Positions 18,405-27,196 of a stretch of DNA of 32,483 nucleotides are shown in pieces. The notes under the pieces were generated by a model. The model saw only the letters and a list, made by a program, of their open reading frames with translations, was not told where the DNA came from and searched no databases. Origin of the DNA: an uncultured bacterium (lineage in GTDB: Bacteria; Hydrogenedentota; Hydrogenedentia; Hydrogenedentales; JAEUWI01); contig CAXBPH010000051.1 in assembly GCA_963977445.1 (NCBI GenBank), forward strand, positions 1 through 32,483, read 5' to 3'. Within the stretch, counting starts at the first letter, position 1. Each line of letters opens with the position of its first letter. Position numbers and translations under genes: made by a program.

Positions 18405-18633
18405 GGGACTGCACTGGACACACAATCGCCAGTAGCATCGTTCCATGGGGTGTCACTGCAGCCCACGTATTCGGGCGGCGAGATCGAAGGAGTCCGGGGC
18501 CGTCCCCCTGAGGGTGCATCACACACTGGGGGGACGGCCCCGGGTGTCGTCAATTGCGTTGCAGTGACGGGGTTTCAGTGTTCGCCACGTTGTGGTGCGG
18601 GTCAATCGCGTGAACTGACCCAGTGCAGTCCCC
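18404..18633. mobile_element. MITE/REP-like 230-bp element, family A copy 1
   Basis: Perfect 14-bp terminal inverted repeats GGGGACTGCACTGG / CCAGTGCAGTCCCC. Internal perfect 15-bp inverted repeat CCGGGGCCGTCCCCC (18494-18508) / GGGGGACGGCCCCGG (18529-18543). Mobility is inferred, not shown. Confidence 0.8.
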
Positions 18634-18640
18634 AATTTAC

Positions 18641-18868
18641 GGGGACTGCACTGGACACGCAATCGACGGTAGCATCGTTCCATGGGGTGTCACTGCAGCC
18701 ATGTATTCGGGCGGCGTGATCGAGGGAGTCCGGGGCCGTCCCCCTGAGTGCAATTGCGCCTTAGGGGGACGGCCCCGGGTGTCTTCATTTGCGTTGCTGC
18801 GACGGGGTTTCAGTGTTCGCCACGTTGTGGTGCGGGCCCATCGCGCGAACTGACCCAGTGCAGTCCCC
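18641..18868. mobile_element. MITE/REP-like 228-bp element, family A copy 2 (tandem with copy 1, 7-bp AATTTAC spacer)
   Basis: Same TIRs (18641-18654, 18855-18868) and internal IR (18730-18744, 18764-18778). Highly similar to copy 1. Confidence 0.8.
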
Positions 18869-18880
18869 GCCGTCCCCGCG

Positions 18881-20047
18881 CTACCACGTGTTGTTTTCCG
18901 GTGGCATGGGGATGCGAAGAAACATGCGCTCTGTCATGAGGAAAATGATGACATCGGGAGCGAGTTCTTCTGCGAGCGTGGGGTCGAAAAAACAATAGCG
19001 GAAATCGGTGTAGAGGATTTGACGAAAATTCTCTGACATGAGCGGTACCAATCCCCAACGGAAGGAATCGCCAATCAGCAACGCTGTCGGCAGGGCATCG
19101 TCGTCGATTTTGGTGGCAAAGGGAACCACAACATCGCCCACTTCCCCCGTCGGTGGTGGGTAGTCCGTTGTTACGTCCGCCCGAGGTGCATTGGGCAGCA
19201 AACCAACCCAGGATTCCGGCATAAGGCCACGGACCCCGAGGAATCCGGCGAGGTTGCTGTCGTTGTGCCAATCCCCTTCATAGCGAGGGGCTTCATCGAC
19301 CAGGTGAACGGCGTCGGGTGCGAGCGGGGTCATGCCGAGGTGCTCAAGAATAGCCGCATAGCCATAATAGGCCCCGACGCCCGACCAATGGGTGTCTGTC
19401 TTCAGCCAGAGCCGTTCGGGGGCCACGGCCTTGGCGTCCCGGAGAGATTGGGTCAGGTCAAGGATGTCCATTGCTGATTCGGTGTGCGCCGCGAGAAACT
19501 GCTCTTTCCGTCGTTGTTCGGAAGGGACAAACCAGTCGGGGAGATACTCGGGGTAGATCCGATGTTTGTCGGGCACAAGGACGAGAAGGAATTTTCCGCC
19601 TCGGGCCACCTGCCATTGACGGATTTCTTCCAGACGGGAGGCCCACGCGTCGATGCCGATATCCAACGCGGGATAGAGTCCTCTTGCTTCGTCGATGAGG
19701 GGCTTGCGGCCAAGAAAAAGCCAACCCTCTTTTCCCACCAGGGCCAGGTCCGGATTTGCGATGCCGAGCCAACCCGTTTTTATGGTGTGATACTGGCGCA
19801 CCAGCATCGTGCGAAATCCGAAGCGGTCGTTGTACCACGCCTCGAAATTGCGGGGGAACTCTTTGATGGCCCGCTTGATTGGGCGCTTCACGGGGGGCGG
19901 TGCCAGGGCGCGATTTTCATCCGTCGGGCGCGTGTGGTCAAGGCCAAGAAGATTGTCGACGAGCGGCAGCCAGAGCAGCGCGAAGAAGACCATGACGAGC
20001 ACGATGTTTGCGCGGCGAGTGTTCTTTTTGGGCGGAGTTGGGGTCAT
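18881..20047 (-). CDS. algJ: AlgJ/AlgX-like SGNH-type polysaccharide O-acetyltransferase component
   Basis: N-terminal TM; ENRALA, DRFGFR, GKEGWLFL, VPDKHRIYPEYLP, KTDTHWS (DxH), IGDSF. Lies downstream of the MBOAT gene. ATG 20047 is preferred because the longer ORF starts inside the repeat. Confidence 0.85.
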   Translation of the reverse strand: MTPTPPKKNTRRANIVLVMVFFALLWLPLVDNLLGLDHTRPTDENRALAPPPVKRPIKRAIKEFPRNFEAWYNDRFGFRTMLVRQYHTIKTGWLGIANPDLALVGKEGWLFLGRKPLIDEARGLYPALDIGIDAWASRLEEIRQWQVARGGKFLLVLVPDKHRIYPEYLPDWFVPSEQRRKEQFLAAHTESAMDILDLTQSLRDAKAVAPERLWLKTDTHWSGVGAYYGYAAILEHLGMTPLAPDAVHLVDEAPRYEGDWHNDSNLAGFLGVRGLMPESWVGLLPNAPRADVTTDYPPPTGEVGDVVVPFATKIDDDALPTALLIGDSFRWGLVPLMSENFRQILYTDFRYCFFDPTLAEELAPDVIIFLMTERMFLRIPMPPENNTW

Positions 20048-20058
20048 GGGCGCGTCCC

Positions 20059-20287
20059 GGGGACTGCACTGGACTCGCAATTTTCGGTAGCAACTATCGG
20101 TGCGGTGTCACTGCAGCGCTGTATTCGGGCGGCGTGATCGTGGGCGTCCGGGGCCGTCCCCCCAGTGCGGGATTCACCCTCAGGGGGACGGCCCCGGGTG
20201 TCTTCGTTTGCCATGCTCCGTTGGTGGGTATGGGATAGCCACGACATGGTGAGGCTCGATTGAATTTTCTGACCCAGTTCAGTCCCC
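20059..20287. mobile_element. MITE/REP-like 229-bp element, family A copy 3 (diverged), between algI and algJ
   Basis: GGGGACTGCACTGG (20059-20072) / CCAGTTCAGTCCCC (20274-20287, one mismatch). Internal IR at 20148-20162 / 20183-20197. Confidence 0.8.
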
Positions 20288-20323
20288 GTGGTCCGTCGCT
20301 GTTTCCATGAGTTCATATACATA

Positions 20324-21748
20324 TCAAAACCGGAAGTAGATAAAGGGGTTGTAGGTTTGGGCAGACAAAAGAACGGCGCAGGCGTAGAGGATCGCTACGT
20401 GTCCCGCGAGTGACGTATAGGGAAGGTAGGGCGCTATCCCCTGACGTTTTGCGAAATAGGTGCGCAGCGCAGGGAGGATTGGCGTAGCCGCGAGTGCGCC
20501 AACGAACAGGGCCATCACAATGTCCGGCGTGCAGTACAAGGGGAGTGGGCGGGCCAGACTACTGCCTTCAGCAAACCCCGACAGGGCCCGGAAAAACGCC
20601 CCGGCTGCCGAGAGACTTTCCAATCGAAAGAAGACCCATCCCGCGAGGACCACCACGAGTACATAACTATGGCGAAGGACGCGGGGCCAACGGGCAAGGA
20701 AGGCCCCAAATCTTCCGCGCTCTAAGACCAGGAAGGCACCGTGGAAAAGTCCCCAGAAGACAAAATTCCACGCGGCACCGTGCCAGAGTCCGCATAGGAA
20801 AAAAACCGTAATCAGATTGAAAGCGGTCCGCCCGGTGGAGCCTCGGCTACCGCCCAGGGGAATATACAAATAGTCTCGAAACCAACTCGACAGGGAAATG
20901 TGCCACCGTCGCCAGAACTCCTGAATGGACTGGGCGATATAGGGCCACTGAAAGTTTTCGAGGAAATGAAAGCCAAAAATACGGCCCAGCCCGATGGCCA
21001 TATCGGAGTAGCCGGAAAAATCGAAATAAATCTGAAGGGCGTAGCAGACGATGGCAAACCACGCGAGTGGGGTCGTCAATTCGCTCGCAGGCAGGGCAAA
21101 AACCTGGTCCGCACCCAAGGCGACGGTGTTGGCGATGAGTACTTTCTTCCCGAGGCCAATGATGAAGCGTTTGATCCCCTCGGCCACGTCGTCCAGCCGT
21201 GAGTGACGTGCCACGATTTCATCGGCGATTTGTTGATAGCGGACAATCGGTCCGGCGATGAGTTGGGGGAAGAGTGCGATGTAGAGTGCGAGGTTGAGGG
21301 GGTTCTTCTGGGGCTTGGCCTCTTCCCGGTAGACATCAATGATGTAGGACATGGCCTGGAAGGTGAAAAAGGAGATTCCGATGGGCAGGTGGTGACCTTC
21401 TGTCGTCGAAGGCGCCACCCCGAAGAGCCCGAGGACCGCATTGAGATTGTCGATGAAGAAGGTGCTGTATTTATAGAGGGCGAGGAGTTGGAGGTTGACG
21501 AGAATCGCCAGAATCATGGGCAGGCGGGCGTAGCGCGTGTGGCGTGCCCGGTCTATCCAGAGGCCGAAGACGTAGTTCAGGGCGATCGAGCCGACCATGA
21601 CCACGGAAAAGGTCATTTCGCCCCAGGCATAGAAAAAAAGACTTGCTGCCAGGAGCAGATAATTTCTAAATGATCGGGGACACAGAAAATAGGCGGTCAA
21701 GACCACGGGGAGAAATAAGAACAAAAAGACGATGGAACTGAATACCAC
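20324..21748 (-). CDS. algI: MBOAT family O-acyltransferase (AlgI/DltB-like)
   Basis: MVFSS-FLFLFLP, LPIGISFFTFQ, FPQLIAGPIVR, QIYFDFSGYSDMAIG, FWRRWHISLSSWFRDYLYIPLGG, GLWHGA. Confidence 0.95.
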   Translation of the reverse strand: MVFSSIVFLFLFLPVVLTAYFLCPRSFRNYLLLAASLFFYAWGEMTFSVVMVGSIALNYVFGLWIDRARHTRYARLPMILAILVNLQLLALYKYSTFFIDNLNAVLGLFGVAPSTTEGHHLPIGISFFTFQAMSYIIDVYREEAKPQKNPLNLALYIALFPQLIAGPIVRYQQIADEIVARHSRLDDVAEGIKRFIIGLGKKVLIANTVALGADQVFALPASELTTPLAWFAIVCYALQIYFDFSGYSDMAIGLGRIFGFHFLENFQWPYIAQSIQEFWRRWHISLSSWFRDYLYIPLGGSRGSTGRTAFNLITVFFLCGLWHGAAWNFVFWGLFHGAFLVLERGRFGAFLARWPRVLRHSYVLVVVLAGWVFFRLESLSAAGAFFRALSGFAEGSSLARPLPLYCTPDIVMALFVGALAATPILPALRTYFAKRQGIAPYLPYTSLAGHVAILYACAVLLSAQTYNPFIYFRF

Positions 21749-22138
21749 GGTCTACGTTGCTCCTGCTTCCTGCCCGGATGTTGTCTAATGTTGGGAGTTT
21801 CCTAACGGTATCCGCCCCGTCTCAGCAGCGCGTAGTACATCACGGATAGGGTCGCCGCTTCAACTCAGGTCTGGATTATGCGGCGTAGTTGCGTTTCGCA
21901 TGAGGTATCGTTTCAGAGGCACCACAGCACGCATTCTTTCATGAGGTGAATTGAAAGCTGTATGCCACGCACGTGGCGAAACAGCACAACTTGCCCGCGA
22001 CCTGATTCAGCGTTCCCGGCGAATATATCTCGGTCCCGGTCTGGAACTCTTACGCCGGTGAGGTCTAGAATAGGTGCAGGATGCCCACCCTGTTCTTTAG
22101 TTGAAACACCGGGTCCCCCGGAAGTTACGGAGTTTCCC

Positions 22139-23188
22139 ATGGCTGAATCCACCTACGAAATGGTCCAGGACTACTACGGCAAAGTGCTGGGTAGTAGCGA
22201 CGACCTGAAGACCAGCGCCTGTTGCAGCACCGACAGCGTGCCCGCCCACATTCGCGCCATCATCGCCGACCTGGAACCCGCCATTGTGGATAAATTCTAC
22301 GGATGCGGATCACCCATCCCCCCGGCGCTGGAAGGGTGTACCATACTCGATTTGGGTTGTGGCACCGGCCGGGACGTCTATGTCTGTGCCAAGCTGGTGG
22401 GCCCCGAGGGTCACGTCATCGGCCTTGATATGACCGACGAACAGATCGGAGAAGCCCGCAAGCACGAAGCGGCCCAGATGGCCCGCTTTGGCTATGCGTC
22501 GTCCAATGTGACGTTCGTTCAGGGGTACATGGAAGATCTGGCCACGGCCGGCATTGCGGATAGCTCCGTCGATGTGGTGATCTCCAATTGCGTGATCAAT
22601 CTGTCGCCCAACAAGGCGCAGGTCATTCGCGAGATTGCCCGGGTGCTCAAGCCCGGTGGTGAACTCTATTTCTCGGACGTATTCGCCGATCGTCGCTTGC
22701 CCGTGGCACTCCAGTCGGATCCCGTATTGTTGGGTGAGTGTCTCGCCGGGGCCCTCTATCTCGAAGACTTTCGCCGGATTCTTGCCGACTGCGGCATTCG
22801 GGATTACCGGGAAACGACACGGCGGGTCATGACTATCGACGATGTGGCCATTGCGGCCAAACTGGGCGCGGCAACCTTCAGCTCCGTCACGGTGCGGGCC
22901 TTCAAGATTGATTCGCTGGAAGACCGATGTGAAGATTATGGCCAGGCCGCGCGGTATCGTGGAACCATTGCTCACGAACCCTGTGGCTTTGCCCTCGATG
23001 ACCAGCACTATTTTTCCGCGGGCAAGCCCGTTCCCGTTTGCGGCAACACGGCGGCCATATTGAGCGAGACCCGTTTCGCACCCCATTTCGACGTCTTTGG
23101 CGATCGGAGCAATCACGTCGGGCTCTTCGATCTCCGTGAGATTCCCGCACCGTCGGGGGATGGCTCCGGTTCGTCCTGTTGCTGCTGA
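22139..23188 (+). CDS. arsM: Arsenite methyltransferase-like (ArsM/AS3MT) SAM-dependent methyltransferase
   Basis: YYG-L...LKTSACC, FYGCGSP, LDLGCGTGRD, ISNCVINL, GECLAGA, LEDRCEDYGQ, VCGNTA and C-terminal CCC. ATG 22139 has a GGAG RBS. Confidence 0.85.
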   Translation: MAESTYEMVQDYYGKVLGSSDDLKTSACCSTDSVPAHIRAIIADLEPAIVDKFYGCGSPIPPALEGCTILDLGCGTGRDVYVCAKLVGPEGHVIGLDMTDEQIGEARKHEAAQMARFGYASSNVTFVQGYMEDLATAGIADSSVDVVISNCVINLSPNKAQVIREIARVLKPGGELYFSDVFADRRLPVALQSDPVLLGECLAGALYLEDFRRILADCGIRDYRETTRRVMTIDDVAIAAKLGAATFSSVTVRAFKIDSLEDRCEDYGQAARYRGTIAHEPCGFALDDQHYFSAGKPVPVCGNTAAILSETRFAPHFDVFGDRSNHVGLFDLREIPAPSGDGSGSSCCC

Positions 23189-23217
23189 GGTGGCACGGGC
23201 CGTGGCGATAAGCGTGG

Positions 23218-24219
23218 TTGGAGCGAACTGAGGTGGGCCTCCTTTCTTCCGCTCTTTCCGCTAAGGACCTCGCACAGCTGAGCCACAGTCTCGGGACCCT
23301 CTATGAAGGGGGCGTTTCCCTTCCCCGCGCCTTCAAGGCCATTGAGGAAAGTGGGGGGGCGAGCGCGTTGAAGAATATTGCGCGCGACCTTCGCCAGGCT
23401 ATCGAGCAGGGGGCTACCCTCGGCCAGGCCATTCACTGGAACCAGAAACGCTTTCCACCCCTCTTCATCCATGTTATCCAGATTGCGGAGCAGTCGGGAT
23501 CGCTGGGTGTTGCCCTGTCCCAGTTATCGAAATACTACGAAGATCTGCTTGGCCTCTACCGGGGCGTGATTCAGCAGGTGACCTATCCGTTGGCCGTGAT
23601 TCTGGCCATGGTGGTGGGCATACCCATTCTCACCGCCTTTCTGTCCGACGTGGCGGGTATCGCGGATGCACCCTTCGAAGTCCAACTCTACTGGATTGTG
23701 CGGGATTTCGGATTGAAGGTGGGCGGGATGTTTCTAATCGTGGTCGTGGCAGCCCGCGTGACCTTCCGATACACGACGCGGGAATCCATCCTCATGTATG
23801 CCTGGCCTCTTTCGGGTATTGTGCGCCGTATCCTGATTTCCCGATTCGCCTGGGCCATGATGGTCTTCACCCGAAGCGGCATGCCGCTGGATCACGCCAT
23901 CCGGCAGTCTGGATTGGCAACGGGTGCCCGTCGCATTGCGCAGGACTTCGAGCGGATGGCCCCCCTGCTGCGTCAGGGCCATTCTCTGGAGGAGGCCTTG
24001 CGAACGTCGAAGTATCTACCCAAGTCCGCCATGGTCTATATCTCGACAGGTGAAATCACGGGAAAACTCGACGAATGTTTCGAGCACCTCTCCCGGGGAC
24101 TCTACGACGAGGCCTTGTTTCGCCTGCGTGTGTTGGTCGGTATCATCGAGCCTCTGTGGATCCTCGCGATTGGCGGCATGATCGTCGGGGGATTGGGGCT
24201 GACGATGGGTGCCAATTGA
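23218..24219 (+). CDS. Type II secretion system F / PilC family platform protein
   Basis: Two T2SSF repeats (GVSLPRAF...IEQGATL...AEQSGSL...TYP; SGMPL...GEITGKLD...IIEP). Start (TTG) is uncertain. Confidence 0.88.
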   Translation: MERTEVGLLSSALSAKDLAQLSHSLGTLYEGGVSLPRAFKAIEESGGASALKNIARDLRQAIEQGATLGQAIHWNQKRFPPLFIHVIQIAEQSGSLGVALSQLSKYYEDLLGLYRGVIQQVTYPLAVILAMVVGIPILTAFLSDVAGIADAPFEVQLYWIVRDFGLKVGGMFLIVVVAARVTFRYTTRESILMYAWPLSGIVRRILISRFAWAMMVFTRSGMPLDHAIRQSGLATGARRIAQDFERMAPLLRQGHSLEEALRTSKYLPKSAMVYISTGEITGKLDECFEHLSRGLYDEALFRLRVLVGIIEPLWILAIGGMIVGGLGLTMGAN

Positions 24220-24247
24220 CCGTGCTGTCCTGTAGCGCCCTACCGTT

Positions 24248-26131
24248 TCAATTCTCCAGCTTCATCTCGCCGCCGTAGAGGGTCTGTACCCGTTCCTTCA
24301 CGGTGGTGGCTTTGACGTCTTCCGCCGGGATGACCTCCCCTATCCGGAGTTCCACGTTGGCCCGGAGCCAACGAAGGGGATTGCCCCGCAGCGCTTTTCC
24401 GCGCTCGCGGCTGAACCAGCTGCCCCACAGTCCGTGCAGTGCAATAGGCACCACGGGCGCCGGATTTTGCTCCACGATGCGTTCGATACCGGCGCGGAAT
24501 TCGTTGAAGTTGCCGTCCCGGGTAATTTGTCCTTCGGGGAAGATACAGACGACTTCGCCATTGGCGAGGGCTTCGGAAATACTTTCCATCGCCGCCTTGA
24601 GTACGACGGGAGATTCCTTTGCGGACGCAATAGGAATGACTTTGGCACCCTTGAATATCCAATTGGCAACAGGAATCTTCATGAAGCTGTGGTGCATCAC
24701 AAAGCGGGCCGGGCGGTGGCAGGCACCGCCGATGAGCATCCAGTCAACAAAAGTTACATGGTTGCTCGCCAGGACGACGGGACCTTCCCGGGGGATGTGG
24801 TCTTCGCCCGTCAATTTCAGACGATAGACAATATTAGCCAGCAGCCAGCAGAGGAGGCGATACATGAACTCCGGTATGAGCAGGTAAATGTAGAGGGAGA
24901 TAGCGGCATTCATTATCGCCAGGATGAGAAATATCCAGGGCAGGGGCAGGCCTGCCATATGGAGGGCAATGAGGAAAATGGCGGACAAGACCATGAAAAA
25001 AGCGTTGACGATGTTGCAGCCCGCGATGACCGAGGCCCGGTGTTCCGGTGCGGAGCGCTGCTGAATCATGGTCATGAGGGGCACAATATAGCAGCCACCA
25101 AAAACGCTCAGAAGCAGGATATCCATGCTGATGCGGAACCCCGCCCACGAAGTGAGAAAGGCGTGCAACGTGAAGGTGCCTTCAATCGTCGGCGTGCCCG
25201 CCAGCAGGAGATCCAGGGTGAAAATCGTCATCCCAATGGAGCCAATGGGTACGAGGCCCAACTCCAGGCGGCCCCGGGACAGGCGTTCGCACAAGATGGA
25301 GCCGAGTCCGATACCGATGGAAAAGAGGGCGAGGAAAAAGGTGACCAGCGACTCGCTGCCGCCCAATACGTCTTTGGAATAGGAGGGGAACAAGGCCAAT
25401 AGACTTGCGCCGAGGAACCAGAACCAGGAGATACCCAGGATCGAGAGATAGATGCTCCGTTCTCCGCCCAGGCGTGCAAGCATGCGCCAGGTAGAGCTGA
25501 AGGGGTCCCAGTTGATTCGTTGGCCGGGATTCGAGGCCTGGGTGTGCTGGAGCGTAAAGGTGACGGCCCAACCCGCAAGGGCAACGATAAGTACCGTGCC
25601 ACTGACCCACCACGCGCCACCGTCCCGGGCGATAAGGATGCCCCCGGTCAGGGTGCCCAGCAGTATCGCGAGGAAGGTGGCCATTTCGATGAGGGCGTTC
25701 CCGCCAACCAGGTCTTCTTCCTTCAACAGCTCCGGCAGGATGCCGAATTTGATGGGACCAAAAAAGGCAGATTGGGCTCCCATGAGAAAAAGGACAACCA
25801 GGAGGAGTTCCAGGTGCTCCACATAAAGCCCCACGGTCGCCAGCACCATAATGAGTATTTCCCCAAACTTTATCCAGGGGATGAGCCGGGTCTTGGGCCA
25901 GTGATCTGCCATTTGCCCCGCAACACCGGAGAAGAGAAAGAAGGGGAGGATAAACAGGCCGCCGCACATAGCGACTACGTCCTGGGACTCCATACCAGCG
26001 AGACTCATGGATTTGAACGTGACCAGGATGACCAGCGCGTTCTTGAAGACGTTGTCATTGAAGGCACCGAGTGCTTGCACCCAGAAAAGGGGAGCGAAAC
26101 TCCGTTGTTTCAACAATCCGATTGAATGCAT
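24248..26131 (-). CDS. MFS transporter (LplT-like) fused to a PlsC-type acyltransferase
   Basis: QALGAFNDNVFKNA, FILPFFLFS, QSAFFGPIKFGILPE; C-terminal SNHVTFVD (HX4D) and IFPEG. ATG 26131 has an AAAGGA RBS. Confidence 0.93.
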   Translation of the reverse strand: MHSIGLLKQRSFAPLFWVQALGAFNDNVFKNALVILVTFKSMSLAGMESQDVVAMCGGLFILPFFLFSGVAGQMADHWPKTRLIPWIKFGEILIMVLATVGLYVEHLELLLVVLFLMGAQSAFFGPIKFGILPELLKEEDLVGGNALIEMATFLAILLGTLTGGILIARDGGAWWVSGTVLIVALAGWAVTFTLQHTQASNPGQRINWDPFSSTWRMLARLGGERSIYLSILGISWFWFLGASLLALFPSYSKDVLGGSESLVTFFLALFSIGIGLGSILCERLSRGRLELGLVPIGSIGMTIFTLDLLLAGTPTIEGTFTLHAFLTSWAGFRISMDILLLSVFGGCYIVPLMTMIQQRSAPEHRASVIAGCNIVNAFFMVLSAIFLIALHMAGLPLPWIFLILAIMNAAISLYIYLLIPEFMYRLLCWLLANIVYRLKLTGEDHIPREGPVVLASNHVTFVDWMLIGGACHRPARFVMHHSFMKIPVANWIFKGAKVIPIASAKESPVVLKAAMESISEALANGEVVCIFPEGQITRDGNFNEFRAGIERIVEQNPAPVVPIALHGLWGSWFSRERGKALRGNPLRWLRANVELRIGEVIPAEDVKATTVKERVQTLYGGEMKLEN

Positions 26132-26302
26132 GGTCGACGGTCCTTTCAAATTAACTAAAACGTACTACACCGGCATCCTAACACAAGATTGTTAGATATA
26201 CAACAGTTAGGTTGGTGTGTCTTGCCGGTGGCTGCAGATGTGTACCAACTTTTCGTTTAAAGAATTTGATGGTACACTGTGGCAATCACAGGAGCAACGA
26301 AC

Positions 26303-27169
26303 ATGGGTACAGTACACTACGATATGGCCGTGGAAGAGGCGTGGGAAGACGACCTGAAACGGCGCTATCCCGAGACGGACTATGATCCCAATGGGAAAGA
26401 GAAAGAGGCCTTCCGCAATTATGATGACCCCGCCCGCGATTCGGTGCGGGAGTTTTATCGGGTAAATCACGCCCAGCAGACCCTGGACTTGGTCCTCGAG
26501 AAAAAAGCCCTCTATTCCCCCGGTAAGCATGGGACCATGAGTATCTGGGAGGCGATGGAATTCCTCGATACCCTGGTGGACGACAGCGATCCCGACACGG
26601 ACCTGTCCCAGATTCAGCATCTCATGCAGACGGCGGAAGGCATTCGGCGAGACGGTCACCCCGACTGGTTTATCCTTACGGGCCTCCTCCATGACCTTGG
26701 TAAGGTGCTCTGTCTCTATGGCGAGCCCCAATGGGCCGTGGTGGGGGATACCTTTCCCGTGGGCTGCGCCTTTTCCGACAAGATAGTCTACCCCGAGTTT
26801 TTTACGGCCAATCCGGATTCCTCCCGGCCTGAACTCTCCACGCCGTGTGGTATTTATGCTCCCGGCTGTGGACTCGATGAGGTCCATCTCTCGTGGGGCC
26901 ACGACGAATATCTTTATCAGGTTGTGAAAGACTACCTGCCCGAAGAAGCCCTTTATATGATTCGGTACCACTCCTTTTACGCGGCCCATCGTGAGCGGGC
27001 CTACGACCACCTGATGAATGAACAGGATCATCGGTTGTTCGAATGGGTGCGTGCCTTCAATCCCTACGATCTTTATACCAAGAGCGACGCGCCCCCCAAC
27101 GTGGCCGAATTGCGCCCCTACTACGAAGATCTTATTCAGAAATACTTCCCGAATCCCATTGCCTGGTAA
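26303..27169 (+). CDS. myo-Inositol oxygenase (MIOX, HD-domain diiron enzyme)
   Basis: [79 protein letters not shown] 26303 follows AGGAG. Confidence 0.95.
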   Translation: MGTVHYDMAVEEAWEDDLKRRYPETDYDPNGKEKEAFRNYDDPARDSVREFYRVNHAQQTLDLVLEKKALYSPGKHGTMSIWEAMEFLDTLVDDSDPDTDLSQIQHLMQTAEGIRRDGHPDWFILTGLLHDLGKVLCLYGEPQWAVVGDTFPVGCAFSDKIVYPEFFTANPDSSRPELSTPCGIYAPGCGLDEVHLSWGHDEYLYQVVKDYLPEEALYMIRYHSFYAAHRERAYDHLMNEQDHRLFEWVRAFNPYDLYTKSDAPPNVAELRPYYEDLIQKYFPNPIAW

Positions 27170-27196
27170 GGCGTACAACACGTCGACAGGAAATTC

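Noticed and set aside
18404..18868. CRISPR array interpretation of the tandem repeats
   Set aside because: Motifs alternate in orientation, the spacers are homologous between units rather than unique, and no cas genes are present.
18450..18998. Short ORFs within family A elements (18450-18719, 18623-18853, 18748-18939; also 20044-20322)
   Set aside because: Frames and stops are not kept between copies and no transposase motifs are visible.
21957..21985. Hairpin GCTGT..GCCACG-CA-CGTGGC..ACAGC in the algI/arsM divergent spacer as a riboswitch or terminator
   Set aside because: No U-tract and no recognisable aptamer consensus; a single short stem is insufficient.
21962..22138. 59-aa N-terminal extension of arsM
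   Set aside because: Low-complexity Pro/Arg/Ser sequence; family-like sequence and an RBS start at ATG 22139.
23177..23215. Selenocysteine readthrough at the arsM CCC-TGA
   Set aside because: C-terminal Cys clusters are normal ends for ArsM-like proteins, no convincing SECIS hairpin follows, and readthrough would run out of frame into the next gene.
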